Source of the DNA: Lophium mytilinum
Taxonomy: Eukaryota
Assembly: GCA_010093605.1 (NCBI GenBank)
Contig: MU004184.1
Location: 2,179 to 66,178, forward strand
Length of the DNA: 64,000 nucleotides
Direction of reading: 5' to 3'
Every line of letters starts with the position of its first letter. Position 1 is the stretch's first letter. The notes under the pieces were generated by a model. That model was not told where the DNA came from. It saw only the letters and a list, made by a program, of their open reading frames with translations, and ran no database searches. Of the stretch, positions 51,264 to 62,295 are shown piece by piece. Both the position numbers and the translations under genes were made by a program.

Positions 51264-53072
51264 TTACCTCTGAGAAAACACGCCGCGCAAAAGGCCAATT
51301 GGGAACGCGATGTGCCACTCCCACCACCAAGCCCCGGCATCGGCCCACGCCCACCGCTCCTCTTTGCCGAAGACGATGCACTGCCCGAAGGTGGCTGCGC
51401 TAGCTACCACCTCAGCCAAGGATGCGCGCAGGAGGAGCAGGTTTAGGAGGGGGAGGAGTAGGAGGTCGAAGACCAGGCGCGGAAGCGAGTAGAGGCCAAA
51501 ATGGGTGACTTTCGCATTGTGCTTCAGCGTCACGGGTGCTGTGTGTTGGCCGCTCGTTCCGTTGGTGAGGGGGACCGCAACAGGTGAAGCGGCGGAGCAA
51601 TATGCTGCTGCGATCTGCTTGGTTTGAGAGCTGTTGGTGGAGGGTCCAAGAAGCAGCGCAAGCGACGGGTGAGGGGTTGTGGTGCACGACCTGGGTATCA
51701 CAATCGTGGCGGTGCCGGTCGGCGTCGGTGTTTCGTGAAGATGGAACGAAAGCGACAGGTGGGTTGACGTTGAGGCTGGCATTGAGGCTGCAAATGAGGC
51801 TGTGAAGGCCAAGAGCGTGGAGTGGAGGGCCGAAGATGAGGACACAATGGCACCGGAGCCGCTGAGAATGTTGGTGGCGGAGGACGGAGAGGGCGCTGGG
51901 GTCTTCGAAGAGGTGGAAGAAGTCGCGATGAAGGTCTTCACAGAGCTGTCGACAATGAGACAGTGCGTGGAAACTTCGGTGCCGGAGTCTACGATGATCT
52001 CGTGGAGGACCCAGGGCTCGTCCGCGGAGATATGGCGGGAGGCGAGGGCGCTGTATGTCTGGTTGATGGTAGGCTGTGGGAGGAGCAAGGACGCGTAACT
52101 TTCGGTCATCTTTTCGTCGGAGCTGGTCGCGGAGCTCGAAGAAAAGCTCAAAGCCAGGCCCGAATCTCGTTTAGTACCGTTGCCATTCGTGATAGCTGTT
52201 TTGTCGGTGTCCACGGTACGCTGGGGCTTCTCGAGGAGATACTGGGTACCCTTCGGGCTGCGGTGTAGAATCCGGTGTATTTCGCCTCGAGTTCTTACGA
52301 CTCGCCTCTCAGGCATCTTGATAGGTGTCTCGAGTGCCCCGATGTACTCCTCATAGGCAGCCTCGTCGCCACCGAGCTGCGCGAACCTAGAGTCTGGATA
52401 GATCGCTCCTCCGCCCGCCTTGATGATGACTTCCCGAGCTGCTGCGAGCACCGCTGGCGGTTTGGTTTGATCGCATGGTATCCATAAGTCCACGCTGCCG
52501 GCATGATGTACAATGGCCTCGATATCCCGAGAATACAGTTGCGCCTCGGACGCGCTCTTGGCAGCAGCAGCAGCGTTGTGCGAGATGGATCCGATGCTGG
52601 TAATCCTCGCTCCTCTGTTGCCTTTCTGAACGTGGTGGCTCGTGGCGGTCGCAGATTGGCCAAGTCTGTAGAACTTCGTCACGGCTTTCGAGGCGCGCGC
52701 AGGCGAGGCGAGGGGGAAGGACTCGTGGTCAGCAGCTAGAACTCTGTGACCTTCGGCATGGAGGATGCGAGCGAGAGCCAGGGCCAGAGGCGTGTTTGCG
52801 CCAGTGATCAGGATCGTTTTGCGGGGTGTCGTGTGCTTCTGGGTTTGCTTTTTATGGAGACTTGGAAAGGCGGGTAGGCTGTTGTAGAGCATTGTCGAGA
52901 AGACAAACGCCGTGGTCGAGAAAGAGAAGAAAAGAATGATCAACAGTAGAAGGAAATCATGCCGCGCAGGCCGTTGACAGCTCGTTGGGGCCATTGCGCC
53001 GATCGTTGGCGAATGGTAGGGTGTGAGGATAGACATGCTCAGAAAAGTGGAAACAGTTCGAGTTGCAGTCAT
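51264..53072 (-). CDS. Divergent ATP-grasp-like protein (resembles fungal MysC-type ligases)
   Basis: TILITGAN...LALARILH.EGHRVLAAD...ARASKAVTKFYRL, VDLWIPC, WVLHEII and E.STHCLI. The start may be the ATG at 52994. Confidence 0.65.
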   Translation of the reverse strand: MTATRTVSTFLSMSILTPYHSPTIGAMAPTSCQRPARHDFLLLLIILFFSFSTTAFVFSTMLYNSLPAFPSLHKKQTQKHTTPRKTILITGANTPLALALARILHAEGHRVLAADHESFPLASPARASKAVTKFYRLGQSATATSHHVQKGNRGARITSIGSISHNAAAAAKSASEAQLYSRDIEAIVHHAGSVDLWIPCDQTKPPAVLAAAREVIIKAGGGAIYPDSRFAQLGGDEAAYEEYIGALETPIKMPERRVVRTRGEIHRILHRSPKGTQYLLEKPQRTVDTDKTAITNGNGTKRDSGLALSFSSSSATSSDEKMTESYASLLLPQPTINQTYSALASRHISADEPWVLHEIIVDSGTEVSTHCLIVDSSVKTFIATSSTSSKTPAPSPSSATNILSGSGAIVSSSSALHSTLLAFTASFAASMPASTSTHLSLSFHLHETPTPTGTATIVIPRSCTTTPHPSLALLLGPSTNSSQTKQIAAAYCSAASPVAVPLTNGTSGQHTAPVTLKHNAKVTHFGLYSLPRLVFDLLLLPLLNLLLLRASLAEVVASAATFGQCIVFGKEERWAWADAGAWWWEWHIAFPIGLLRGVFSQR

Positions 53073-53789
53073 CAGTTGTAATTAGGAAACATTAATCAAG
53101 TAAAAAAAGTCGTCCTTGTGGAAGTCATGAGGAGCAGAAGCCGTGGTGTTGAGTGAAGTGGTAGAGGGAAGATGAAGGGAGCTCGCTGTCACGGAGCTGT
53201 CACAAATGTGCTGGCGAGGTTGGACTGGCAGACTGGCAGGACTGGCTTTGTAGGGCGGGGGCTGGGACACGGGCCCCCATGCTGTCATCCCGCATTTCGC
53301 GTCTGCCAAGTCGATTGCCGACTGATACCTACCCGGAATCGCGTCATTCACAGGCCTGGACTCTCAGAAGAAAGGCACGTGATTTTCTAGAGAGGAAGAC
53401 AGTGAATGGGTTTAATAATAAAGGTATTGATGGAATTTGAAGCAATGAGGGACTGTTTGCAGAGCCCGATGTTCGACGTCTGACACCAATCTCAGACACG
53501 ATTAGTCTACTTTACAGTTTGATATTTTACATAATTTACATGCCGTAAATCGGGTATAATGCTACAATGATTGTGTGCCTAGCACAGCATTTGAGCAGGG
53601 AACGCATAATGTCGTCAAAGAAATCTTCAACTCGCCAAGCCGAGTGCCATCTGCAGTGAAAGATATAACAAGAAGTCTGAAGGTGCACACCGTGAAACTG
53701 CCACAATGCCGTGCTGGGACGTAAACTCAATCCTGACTGAATGAGCCGCTAGGAAACTTTGCTTGTCGTCGCAAAGGCATCTGGTCCAA

Positions 53790-55142
53790 TCATTCCAACA
53801 TCTGCTCCGGCGTGGGTGGTCCGTCCATCCCAATACTCTCTAGATCGCGGCGCAAAATAACCATATGCTCATCTCGGTTCTCGTTGCCCTTCCATTTGAC
53901 AGCTTGGGAGTACCAAAGCATGTCCCACGCGTCCTCTGGAATCATTTTGAGGAAGCCAGGGACACGTTTGGCGCGCGAATAAGCTCGCCAGAGAGCTTTC
54001 CGGACGTCTTCATTCGCGCCCATGTAGGCGCTACGCAGGACGGCGTTGAGATGCTTGATTGCTGGGTCGGATTCCGGTTTGAGGGCAAGGCGATTAAGCG
54101 CGGTACGATGTTCCGGATCACGTTGAGCGAGAGTGATGCGCTCTTCGATGGTTATGATTGCATTTGGATCGGTGCTGATAGGGTTCTCCTCCCTACTTGA
54201 CAACGGCGGTTCAATGGCTGAAGCTGTAGTCGCCGCCGACGCTATCGATGCTGATTGCGGACTCGAAAGTTGCACGAGCTGACTGTGTTCTCTTGGATTC
54301 TCCGCTTCTTCCTCGCCAGCCTTAGCTTTGAAGCCCTTCGATTTCTCATACTCCCTCAGCTCCCGTAGCATGGCCGCGGCTTCTTCGTCGTGCTCATCCT
54401 CATGCTGCGCAAATTCCTTCTTCAGCGCAGGGTCGTCCAAGTCCTTTCCGATGGCTTGCAACTGCGCCACAAGCTGCTCATCACTCATCCCTTCGACAAG
54501 CGGGCCTTCACCCAACGCGTCCAGCTCCTGCATCTCCTCCCTCAACTGCTCCTCCCCAAACTCTTCATTCTCGACCTCCATATTTGGGAGCTCCCTCAAT
54601 ATTCTCCTCAGCTCATCATGCTGATCTTCCATCTCTGGGTCCTCCAGCAGATCCGCAATGACCTGCCTCTTCCTTATGAGATCCAGCTCCTTCTCCTCCT
54701 TTCCCCATTTCCCGTCGCCTACCATATCCATCCTCATACTCCTCAGCTCCAATTTCGCATCCGCTAGGTCCGGATCCTTTATCAAATCGCTGAATAGGTC
54801 TGTCCGTGTATTGTCGTCCTCAATATCCAAACTCCCTAGTCTATCGGCTTCGGCTTGGTAGCGGCGGAGGTCCTCGGGGGTCTCGATGGAGCCCACTTTC
54901 ACTGGCGCAGCTTTCCGGTCTGCATCTTGTTCGTAGAAGCCAATAATGGGAGGACCGGCTTTGCTTTGCTTCTTCATCCGAAGTTTGGCGGCTTCGATCT
55001 GCGCATTGAGAGGGGACGTGGTTCGTTGGAGACGGGGAGCTTTGCGGAGGAGAGGAGTGGTGCTTATTCGCCGTCGTAAAGATGGAGATTTTGGAGCTGG
55101 ATGGCGCAGACATTGTAGTATTGGTATTCGCGGCGGAGGCAT
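53790..55142 (-). CDS. Hypothetical, probably mitochondrial protein
   Basis: 450-aa ORF with an Arg/Ser-rich, acid-free N-terminus (RRRISTTPLLR), an acidic helical middle and a C-terminal LWRAY..AK...IPEDAWDMLW. Confidence 0.7.
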   Translation of the reverse strand: MPPPRIPILQCLRHPAPKSPSLRRRISTTPLLRKAPRLQRTTSPLNAQIEAAKLRMKKQSKAGPPIIGFYEQDADRKAAPVKVGSIETPEDLRRYQAEADRLGSLDIEDDNTRTDLFSDLIKDPDLADAKLELRSMRMDMVGDGKWGKEEKELDLIRKRQVIADLLEDPEMEDQHDELRRILRELPNMEVENEEFGEEQLREEMQELDALGEGPLVEGMSDEQLVAQLQAIGKDLDDPALKKEFAQHEDEHDEEAAAMLRELREYEKSKGFKAKAGEEEAENPREHSQLVQLSSPQSASIASAATTASAIEPPLSSREENPISTDPNAIITIEERITLAQRDPEHRTALNRLALKPESDPAIKHLNAVLRSAYMGANEDVRKALWRAYSRAKRVPGFLKMIPEDAWDMLWYSQAVKWKGNENRDEHMVILRRDLESIGMDGPPTPEQMLE

Positions 55143-55388
55143 CTTGATGTATATTATTTAGAGCTGAGATGCATTGAGCGCCGTGGTTGCTGTGAAGTGA
55201 TGGTGAAAGGCGCAGCTCGAGAATTTCGGGAATCTCGAATTATGTAAGCCGTGGTAGCTCTTAACTTACCGTTCTATATTCGCATCAACCCCGCCATCCA
55301 ATCACTCCCCAATCCAAACTCCATCACTACTACAATTCACCACGTTGCATGAACATCTCAATGTGCAGCACTCAGAAGCTCAATCACC

Positions 55389-56381
55389 ATGCACACTGAC
55401 CTCAGGTCGCCCGCATACTATGACCCAGCCCTCTACCCCCTATCCAAAGGCCGTCACCTCCCCACCGCCTGGATCTCCCAAACCCCCCTCCCCAAACGCA
55501 CCCCCTCCCCACCCCCCTCAACGCCCTTCCGCATCTTCGACCTCCCTACCGAACTACGCCTCAAGATCCTCCGCTATGTTCTCCCCCACCACCGCGTCAT
55601 AGAAGTTGGTCCCCGCACCATCAAGCCCTACTTCGCGCGCTCCGCCGGCACGCCCTCCTGCGTGATCCGCCTACGCCTCACACAGCTGCCCTCCGACCTC
55701 AACACATCCCGCAACATCCTCGCCGTGTGCAAGAGCTTCAGAGCCGAAGCAGGCGACATCCTGTACGGCGAGAACACGTTCCGCTTCGTCGTGTCGCGCG
55801 ACATGCTCGGCGCGAACAACATCGAGAACCCGTTCGCGTGGGTGCCGGACGGCGTGCTGGCGCAGATGCGGAAGTGCGAGATACTGATCTCCGAGGTGCT
55901 GGAGCGGCCAGCGGTGTATCGGCGCGTGCGCAGGTGGTTGGAGCGCTTGGTGCAGCGGATGGGCGAAGGGTATGCGTTGCAGAGGCTGAAGGTGGAGCTG
56001 CTGAAGGGCAGGTTGGTGCCGTGGAGGCATGCTTTTAATATGCAGGGCTGGGCGGTGCAGCGGTTTCGGCCGAGTGCGAGGGTGGAGGGGAGTAATGGCT
56101 TTCAGTTTGTGTTGGAGCCGTTGGCGAGGCTGAGGGAGGTGAGGGAGGTTAGGATTCAGGGGCATGTTGACGAAGGGTTCAAGGCGATGATGGAGGAGGT
56201 GATGGGGGTGGAGAGGACGTGGGATGGGTTGACGGCGAGAGTATATCCGGAGAAGGTGGTGTTGCGGAAGAAGAAGGCGGGTGTGAAGAAGACGTACCAG
56301 ATGATGTCTACGAAAAAGTTCTGGCAGCCGGAGTTTGATTGGGGAGTCGTGGGCGACGATGAGATCATGTCGAGTGAATAG
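55389..56381 (+). CDS. F-box-like fungal hypothetical protein
   Basis: PFRIFDLPTELRLKILRYVL, NILAVCKSFRAEAGDILYGENTFRF and LEPLARLREVREVRIQG. Confidence 0.75.
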   Translation: MHTDLRSPAYYDPALYPLSKGRHLPTAWISQTPLPKRTPSPPPSTPFRIFDLPTELRLKILRYVLPHHRVIEVGPRTIKPYFARSAGTPSCVIRLRLTQLPSDLNTSRNILAVCKSFRAEAGDILYGENTFRFVVSRDMLGANNIENPFAWVPDGVLAQMRKCEILISEVLERPAVYRRVRRWLERLVQRMGEGYALQRLKVELLKGRLVPWRHAFNMQGWAVQRFRPSARVEGSNGFQFVLEPLARLREVREVRIQGHVDEGFKAMMEEVMGVERTWDGLTARVYPEKVVLRKKKAGVKKTYQMMSTKKFWQPEFDWGVVGDDEIMSSE

Positions 56382-57057
56382 GTGTTCGGTTTGTCTGTCG
56401 ATGGCTTTGATGGCTGATCTCTTTCCTTTTGTACTGTTTCTTGTCATGATACCCACCAATGTCGGGAGTCTCTGGTTCATCAAACTCGGTTTCAATTCCT
56501 ATTTCTAGTTGATTTGATATAAAGTCAGTTCCAAAAACAATGTGTCAGTGCCCCCTACCATCGTTTCTAGGAAGCCTCATGTCCAATATCCAGCCGCAAG
56601 AAAAGAGGTGCATGCTTTCTCCAAGACTATCTACTCAAGGACCCCCACTCACGTACCCTTCTCCCCAAGACCACACTCCAGATGCCCCAGGTCAGGTTTC
56701 CATGTCAAGTAGTCCACGGGTCCGATTTATAGGCTTCACTTCTTTACATTTTCAGTCCCTCGAGGGTCAAAGGGCCAGGGGTGGCGTGGTTGGATATATA
56801 TGCCGGCAAAAGTACGCCTCAGATGGCCCAGATCAGGTTCTCGTGTTACAACAGTCCACTGGTCTGATTCGTAAGTGCCGATTTTTTACATGGTGAGTTC
56901 GTCGAGGGTCAACGGGCCAAGGGTAGCCCAGTACGTCTAGCGGTCTCACGAATTCGAGATCTGATATGTACAAAGGTAGGCTCGAGAGGATTAATCCTTG
57001 TTGTCCGAAGCATCGTACGAAAGTGCGCCAAACGCGTAATGTCGATCATGCAACGAA

Positions 57058-57109
57058 GCCTATGCGGGGACTATCAGGCTACCGCCTATGCGGGGACTAC
57101 CAGGCTACC
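57058..57109 (+). repeat. 26-bp tandem duplication containing GCGGGG
   Basis: GCCTATGCGGGGACTA(T/C)CAGGCTACC occurs twice. Confidence 0.85.
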
Positions 57110-57496
57110 TAGGTACAGATTGGGGCACCAACGAATCATTTTGCAAGCCATTTCGCACATACACCGGCAGCTAGAGTTCGCTAATGCACGAACCTTGAAA
57201 TTGGCGATCCAGGCTGGACTTAAGGCCTCGCGATCTCTCGCCCGCTGCGAATTAGAGGGGTATAGTAGCTAAAATCCGCTATTTCCGTTCCCTTGCATCA
57301 TGTCTAACAGCCTCAATACCCAGCTATCGATCGAATGTTGTCCGCGTCGCACAAAAGCCAAGGCACCAAGACTTCTATGATGGCGAGACAGGAAGACGAG
57401 AGGTATATAAGGCTAATAGAAATCTGTGTAAATAGGGCAACTCATCTATAAGTTTTATTTGAAATATTACACTACTCTCAAGCCAACACCAACACC

Positions 57497-58270
57497 ATGG
57501 CCTCTAAAACCATCGTCCTCGTCACTGGCGGTAATACAGGTATCGGCTACGAAACCGTGGCCAAGCTCGCCGCCGACCACGCCTCGACCCACCACATCCT
57601 GATGGGCACGCGCAGCCTCACCAAAGGCGCCGCAGCCCTCAAAGCCCTCGGGTCCCCCTCCAATGTCTCCCCCCTCGAGCTCGACATCACTTCCGACGCC
57701 TCCATCACCGCCGCGGCGGCCCATATCAAGGACACCTACGGCAAACTTGACGTCCTGATCAACAACGCCGGCACCGCGGGACTCGACCTCGGCGGCACGT
57801 CCGCACAGTCCTTCTACCCAAAGGGCAAGACTCTCCGCGAAGTCTACACGCACGTCTACAACGTCAACTGCGTCTCCACCGCGGTACTGACCGATGCTCT
57901 CACGCCTTTGCTCGACGCCGCGTCTCCGGGGCCCGCCAAGGTCGTCTTCATCTCGAGCACTCTGGGCTCGATCGGCACGTTTGTGGCCGGGTATCACATT
58001 GTGGATTGTCCTTGGTACAACAGCAGCAAGGCCGCGATGAACTATCTCAGCGCGTGGTATTCGAGGGTGAAGCCGGCGTGGAAGGTTAATGCGGTGTGTC
58101 CGGGTTTGAATGCAACGGGGCTGAACCATGTGCCGTTGAGTGAAGAGACGGATCCGAAGAATGGGGCAATTAGGGCGTGTCAGCTGGTGGCTCAGGCGCC
58201 TGAGGGAGTGACGGGGACGTATTCGAGGAAGGGAATGGATAAGGGGGTTGGAGACGTGATTCCGTGGTAG
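57497..58270 (+). CDS. Short-chain dehydrogenase/reductase
   Basis: TGGNTGIG, LDVLINNAG, ISS, YNSSK (YxxxK) and VNAVCPG. TATA-like TATATAA at ~57404. Confidence 0.92.
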   Translation: MASKTIVLVTGGNTGIGYETVAKLAADHASTHHILMGTRSLTKGAAALKALGSPSNVSPLELDITSDASITAAAAHIKDTYGKLDVLINNAGTAGLDLGGTSAQSFYPKGKTLREVYTHVYNVNCVSTAVLTDALTPLLDAASPGPAKVVFISSTLGSIGTFVAGYHIVDCPWYNSSKAAMNYLSAWYSRVKPAWKVNAVCPGLNATGLNHVPLSEETDPKNGAIRACQLVAQAPEGVTGTYSRKGMDKGVGDVIPW

Positions 58271-59282
58271 GCGCGGCACTGGTTGAGACGGCCCGCAAAG
58301 TTATCAGCATTGTCAACAGTGTACTCTTCCGATCATTTGAGGACCACTGGAAAACTTCTGGAGGTACTAGGCAGATAGGAGTGTCTTACTCAGGTATTTC
58401 GCTGGAGTTCTGATCACTCGAATTCCTATTGGTTGAAGTCTTAGAACTAGAGCTATCGATAACGTGGAAATTCCATCACTGAGAAGAAATTGAAGGACTT
58501 CATCGCCATTCCCCTTTGTGAGCCCGCAGATCTTAGAAGGTAGATACAGTTGACCAAAGCAGAAAGCCACGAGAATAGAACTCTGCAAGAAACTGAATAT
58601 CGCGTGAGCACGTGACCATCATACTCGCGTTTCAGCCCTACCCAAGTACTGCCCCTCAACCTTCAACCCATCGCAGACTCGAGCACGCACACAACATGTC
58701 CGGCGGCTTATCATCCCTAAGTTGAGGACTTGAAAATCGCACTTGAATCAAGCGGTGTTCTTTGTTCATCCTTCAATAATGGCGCGCTACGATTGGCTGG
58801 CATAGCCAGTGCGCGCGATTGAGCAAGTTCCTCCTGGCTTACATCTGAAACTGTTTATTTTAACGCCTTTGTGCTTTGGCTATACCAAAGAGAGCGTAGT
58901 GAATAGAATGTGATTATGTCCAAGAAAAGCCAAGATTCAAGACTGTGTGGTTTCTGGCGGTTAGCGGACTTCTTCTGCGTCCTGAGATCGCAATCTTCAT
59001 CTCCTCTCCATCTCAAAATTATCTGTCTATTTACTCTACATAAATTTTAGCCCTCGTTTTGCTAGCGTCTATGAGATCGTTAGCCTCCTTCATCGTCAAC
59101 TGAAGGCTATACGCTGTTAAAGACAGATCCGCATCGCCGCAAGAATCTACGACAATGAAAAGCAACCGTCTCGAGATTTGAAAGGCACCCTATCAGATCT
59201 CCACGTCTTCAAATAATAGCCGTGAACACTCAGCTTTCAAGACACCGAGTACGACGATCGAACATGCACACTCGTCCCTACT

Positions 59283-61472
59283 ATGGTAACCCAGATGATG
59301 GCGACGAAAAGACATGAAGGGCATGCCCATGGCCTCTCCAAAGACAACCAGCAAGTTGCTGTATCATTTCTATGTGTCGTTTTGGCGGTGGTGCTGCTCA
59401 AGACGTGCTTCCGGGGGCTGGGATGGTACATCGCTCGTCAACGGTACGCCAAAGCTTTTCCCGAGACTCAATCCTGGCTGATAGGTTTTCTAGCTCGAGC
59501 ATTGGAGACTTAGACCTCCGGGAGATTAGTCCGACTTTGAACTCCCTTCATACGTTGATTGAAAGAGTCCAAGCCTTTGCCATTGGTCTTGGGTCTCTTT
59601 CAATTCCGACATCGCTGGACATCTCGTGGGTTCAATATTCCCGCTTCTCTTCCGGAAAGATACTTCTTCTCGCAACCTACACGAGTATCATTGGATTCAT
59701 GATCCGAGTCATTCGTACGCCCGCATCTTCGATCCATTTCATCGAAGACATCGCCTTCCGCGCCGGATGGGTTTCCATCACCCAAGTCCCTCTGATCTAT
59801 CTCCTCGCCACCAAGTCTGGGCCCTCTCAACATCCTAGCAGCCTTCTCATACGAGAGAATCAACTGGGCGCATCGCTGGGTTGGCCGAATACTACTCATC
59901 TCCACCACCGTGCATATGGGCTACTTCTTCTCCCTCTGGATATCATATGGCGTAGTCAGGACCGAGTTGGATATGATGAAGGTGGTAAGATACGGGTTTG
60001 GTGCGTATGGTGTTCTGGCATGGATTGCGATAACGAGCATACTTCCGCTCCGGCGCTGGGCCTACAAGTGGTTCTACCTCAATCACTTGGTATCGACGAC
60101 AGCCTTTCTTTGCCTGCTTTGGCTGCATATTCCGAAGCACGCTCGATACAACGTCTACTTGTGCTTGTTGATCGTCGGGATCGAACTTCTTTTCCGAGCG
60201 GTCACTGTTGTTCACAACAACTTTAAATTTGCGGGTTGGAGAGGCGGATACTCGGCGATCAAGTCTGAGCTTGAGGAGAAGGATCATGCGAGTGGAGGTT
60301 TCTCGTTTGGTCATTCCGTCGAAGTCAAGACATACTTGGATACTGATTATCCTCTTGCACACGGGAACAGCAAGATAACGCGTCTCCGTCTCCGCAACTT
60401 GCCCTTCAATTGGAGACCAGGACAACATTTTCGAACGTACATGCCAAGACTGGGACTGCTAGAAGTCCATCCGTTTACGCCCGCAACCTGCTATGTTCCT
60501 ACTCCTCCAGCAGCTCATGAAGGTGAAATTCAAGATCCCGAAATGGAAGCTAGCACAAACACCGATGGGGACCAAGGCAGGAACTCCCGCGTCCTGGACC
60601 TTTTCGTCCTGTCTCATCGACGCTTCACCCACGGACTCATCGCCGCTGCTCAAGAAGGCATCCATTGCACGGCAATCATCGATGGACCATACGGTTCTCC
60701 ACCATCCTGGTCCAACTACGACAAGGTTTGCCTGATTGCTTCCTCCACTGGCGTCTCCTTCACGCTTTCGGTCATGGATCACCTCGCAAGAGCCGCCGCT
60801 ACGAGTCAGCCTTCGCCTAAGGTTGTCCGCGTAAAGCAAATCGATTTCATTTGGGTCACGCGACACTTCTGTGCAGGCTTTGACGAGGCCATTACCGTCC
60901 TACTGAAGACGCATACACCCAAGCTCCAACAAGCTGGCGTCGACGTCCGCAGTCAGATCTTTGTGACATCCCCGTATTCTATAGGTCAAGAGATGGAAGA
61001 GAGTGTTCTAGACCGGGCGGATACTGTTGGAGGAGCCTCGGCGACATCGAGTCTGCCAAATGAGGGACATATAGAGGAAGACAGAATGAGGCTTCTCGTG
61101 TCCACGGATAGAGATGGATTTACTTTACCGACTGCCTCCATCTATAAAGACATAAATGATGGAGACGAAAATACAACATCAATGGATGCGGACACTTTCG
61201 CTGCGGCCGAACGGCCTCTAATGCAGTCACATCGCGCGGAAACAATCAAGACAACGGCTTCAATTCAGCGCTTCTACGGACAACGTCCAAACATCTCGTC
61301 CATTCTAGACACTGTTTTTCCAGCGGAAAACAAAAGCTCGCAGATTGTTGGTGTCTGCACTAACGTTGGCATGGCGAGCGAAATTGGTAACGCTGCCGCG
61401 AGGATGAACTTTGCCTTTGCTTTTGGTAGGAGAGCTAGAGTTGTGGAGGTTTTCAGCGAAGCATTTACATAG
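59283..61472 (+). pseudogene. Ferric/cupric reductase (FRE family) with a single +1 frameshift (pseudogene or sequence error)
   Basis: AFRAGW..ITQVPL, then in a different frame SYERINWAHRWVGR, H..LWLH, WRPGQH, HPFT, DGPYG and VFSEAF. The frame changes in GGGCCCT at ~59819-59825. Intron at ~59444-59484. Confidence 0.8.
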
Positions 61473-62295
61473 CTAGCTTCAAGTGCTTGTCTCATTATTC
61501 AATTCATATCTTAGATTCTATCATCATGACTACTTCATCTTCATTAGAGCGTGGAGGTTCGTCACGTCAACTCCGATCTTGACTTCATCATCTCAACCCC
61601 ATCTCATCTCGGCTCTTGCATGCCAACAGCCTCTTGCTCCAGTGGACCTCCAGCTCATCTACATCAGCTACATCATCCTATCACTGCTGAGTTCATGCTA
61701 GGACGTCCAGTATGCGTTCTTCACCTCAGAGTAGCTTCAAACAGTTCGCTGACAATCAGGTCTACCACTAGACAGCAACTTCTTACTTACCTCACGACTA
61801 GCAACCGGCGCCAAAGATGTCCTACATACTTCACCTTCTACCAAGAATCAACAATCTTATCGCCCTCCATCACCTGCCCTCCGGCCTCGCACGGGCCCAA
61901 CTATAAATCCACGCCTTCTGTCCTTCCAACACTTCACAGCTACACTCTCATCTCTACAACAACAAGCACGCCTTCTGCTTCACATATTTAGCTAGTGAGG
62001 CCAAGGTAAGCTACCAGGCCGTTGCACAAGTGTTAGCCCGTCTAGTGTGTCAAGATCCAATGCTCTGGCGCATAGTAAAGTGGGTGGACCGAGCACTAAC
62101 ATTGATCACAGCAGACAGGCAGCACGCGCCCACCAGCGGACCACTTTACTTCTCCTTCACTCGTCACAGACACCGCCCCCTAGTAACACAACGGCAGTCG
62201 CGCTAGTCTAAACTTCGCTATAAGAGAGCCCTCCGTCCTTCCAACACTTAACAACAACGTCCAACACCACAACAACAGCCCAAAGCGTGCCCACA

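Noticed and set aside
57467..58279. 270-aa antisense ORF over the SDR (and similar shadow ORFs, e.g. 55671-56495)
   Set aside because: Expected by-product of GC-rich codon bias on the coding strand.
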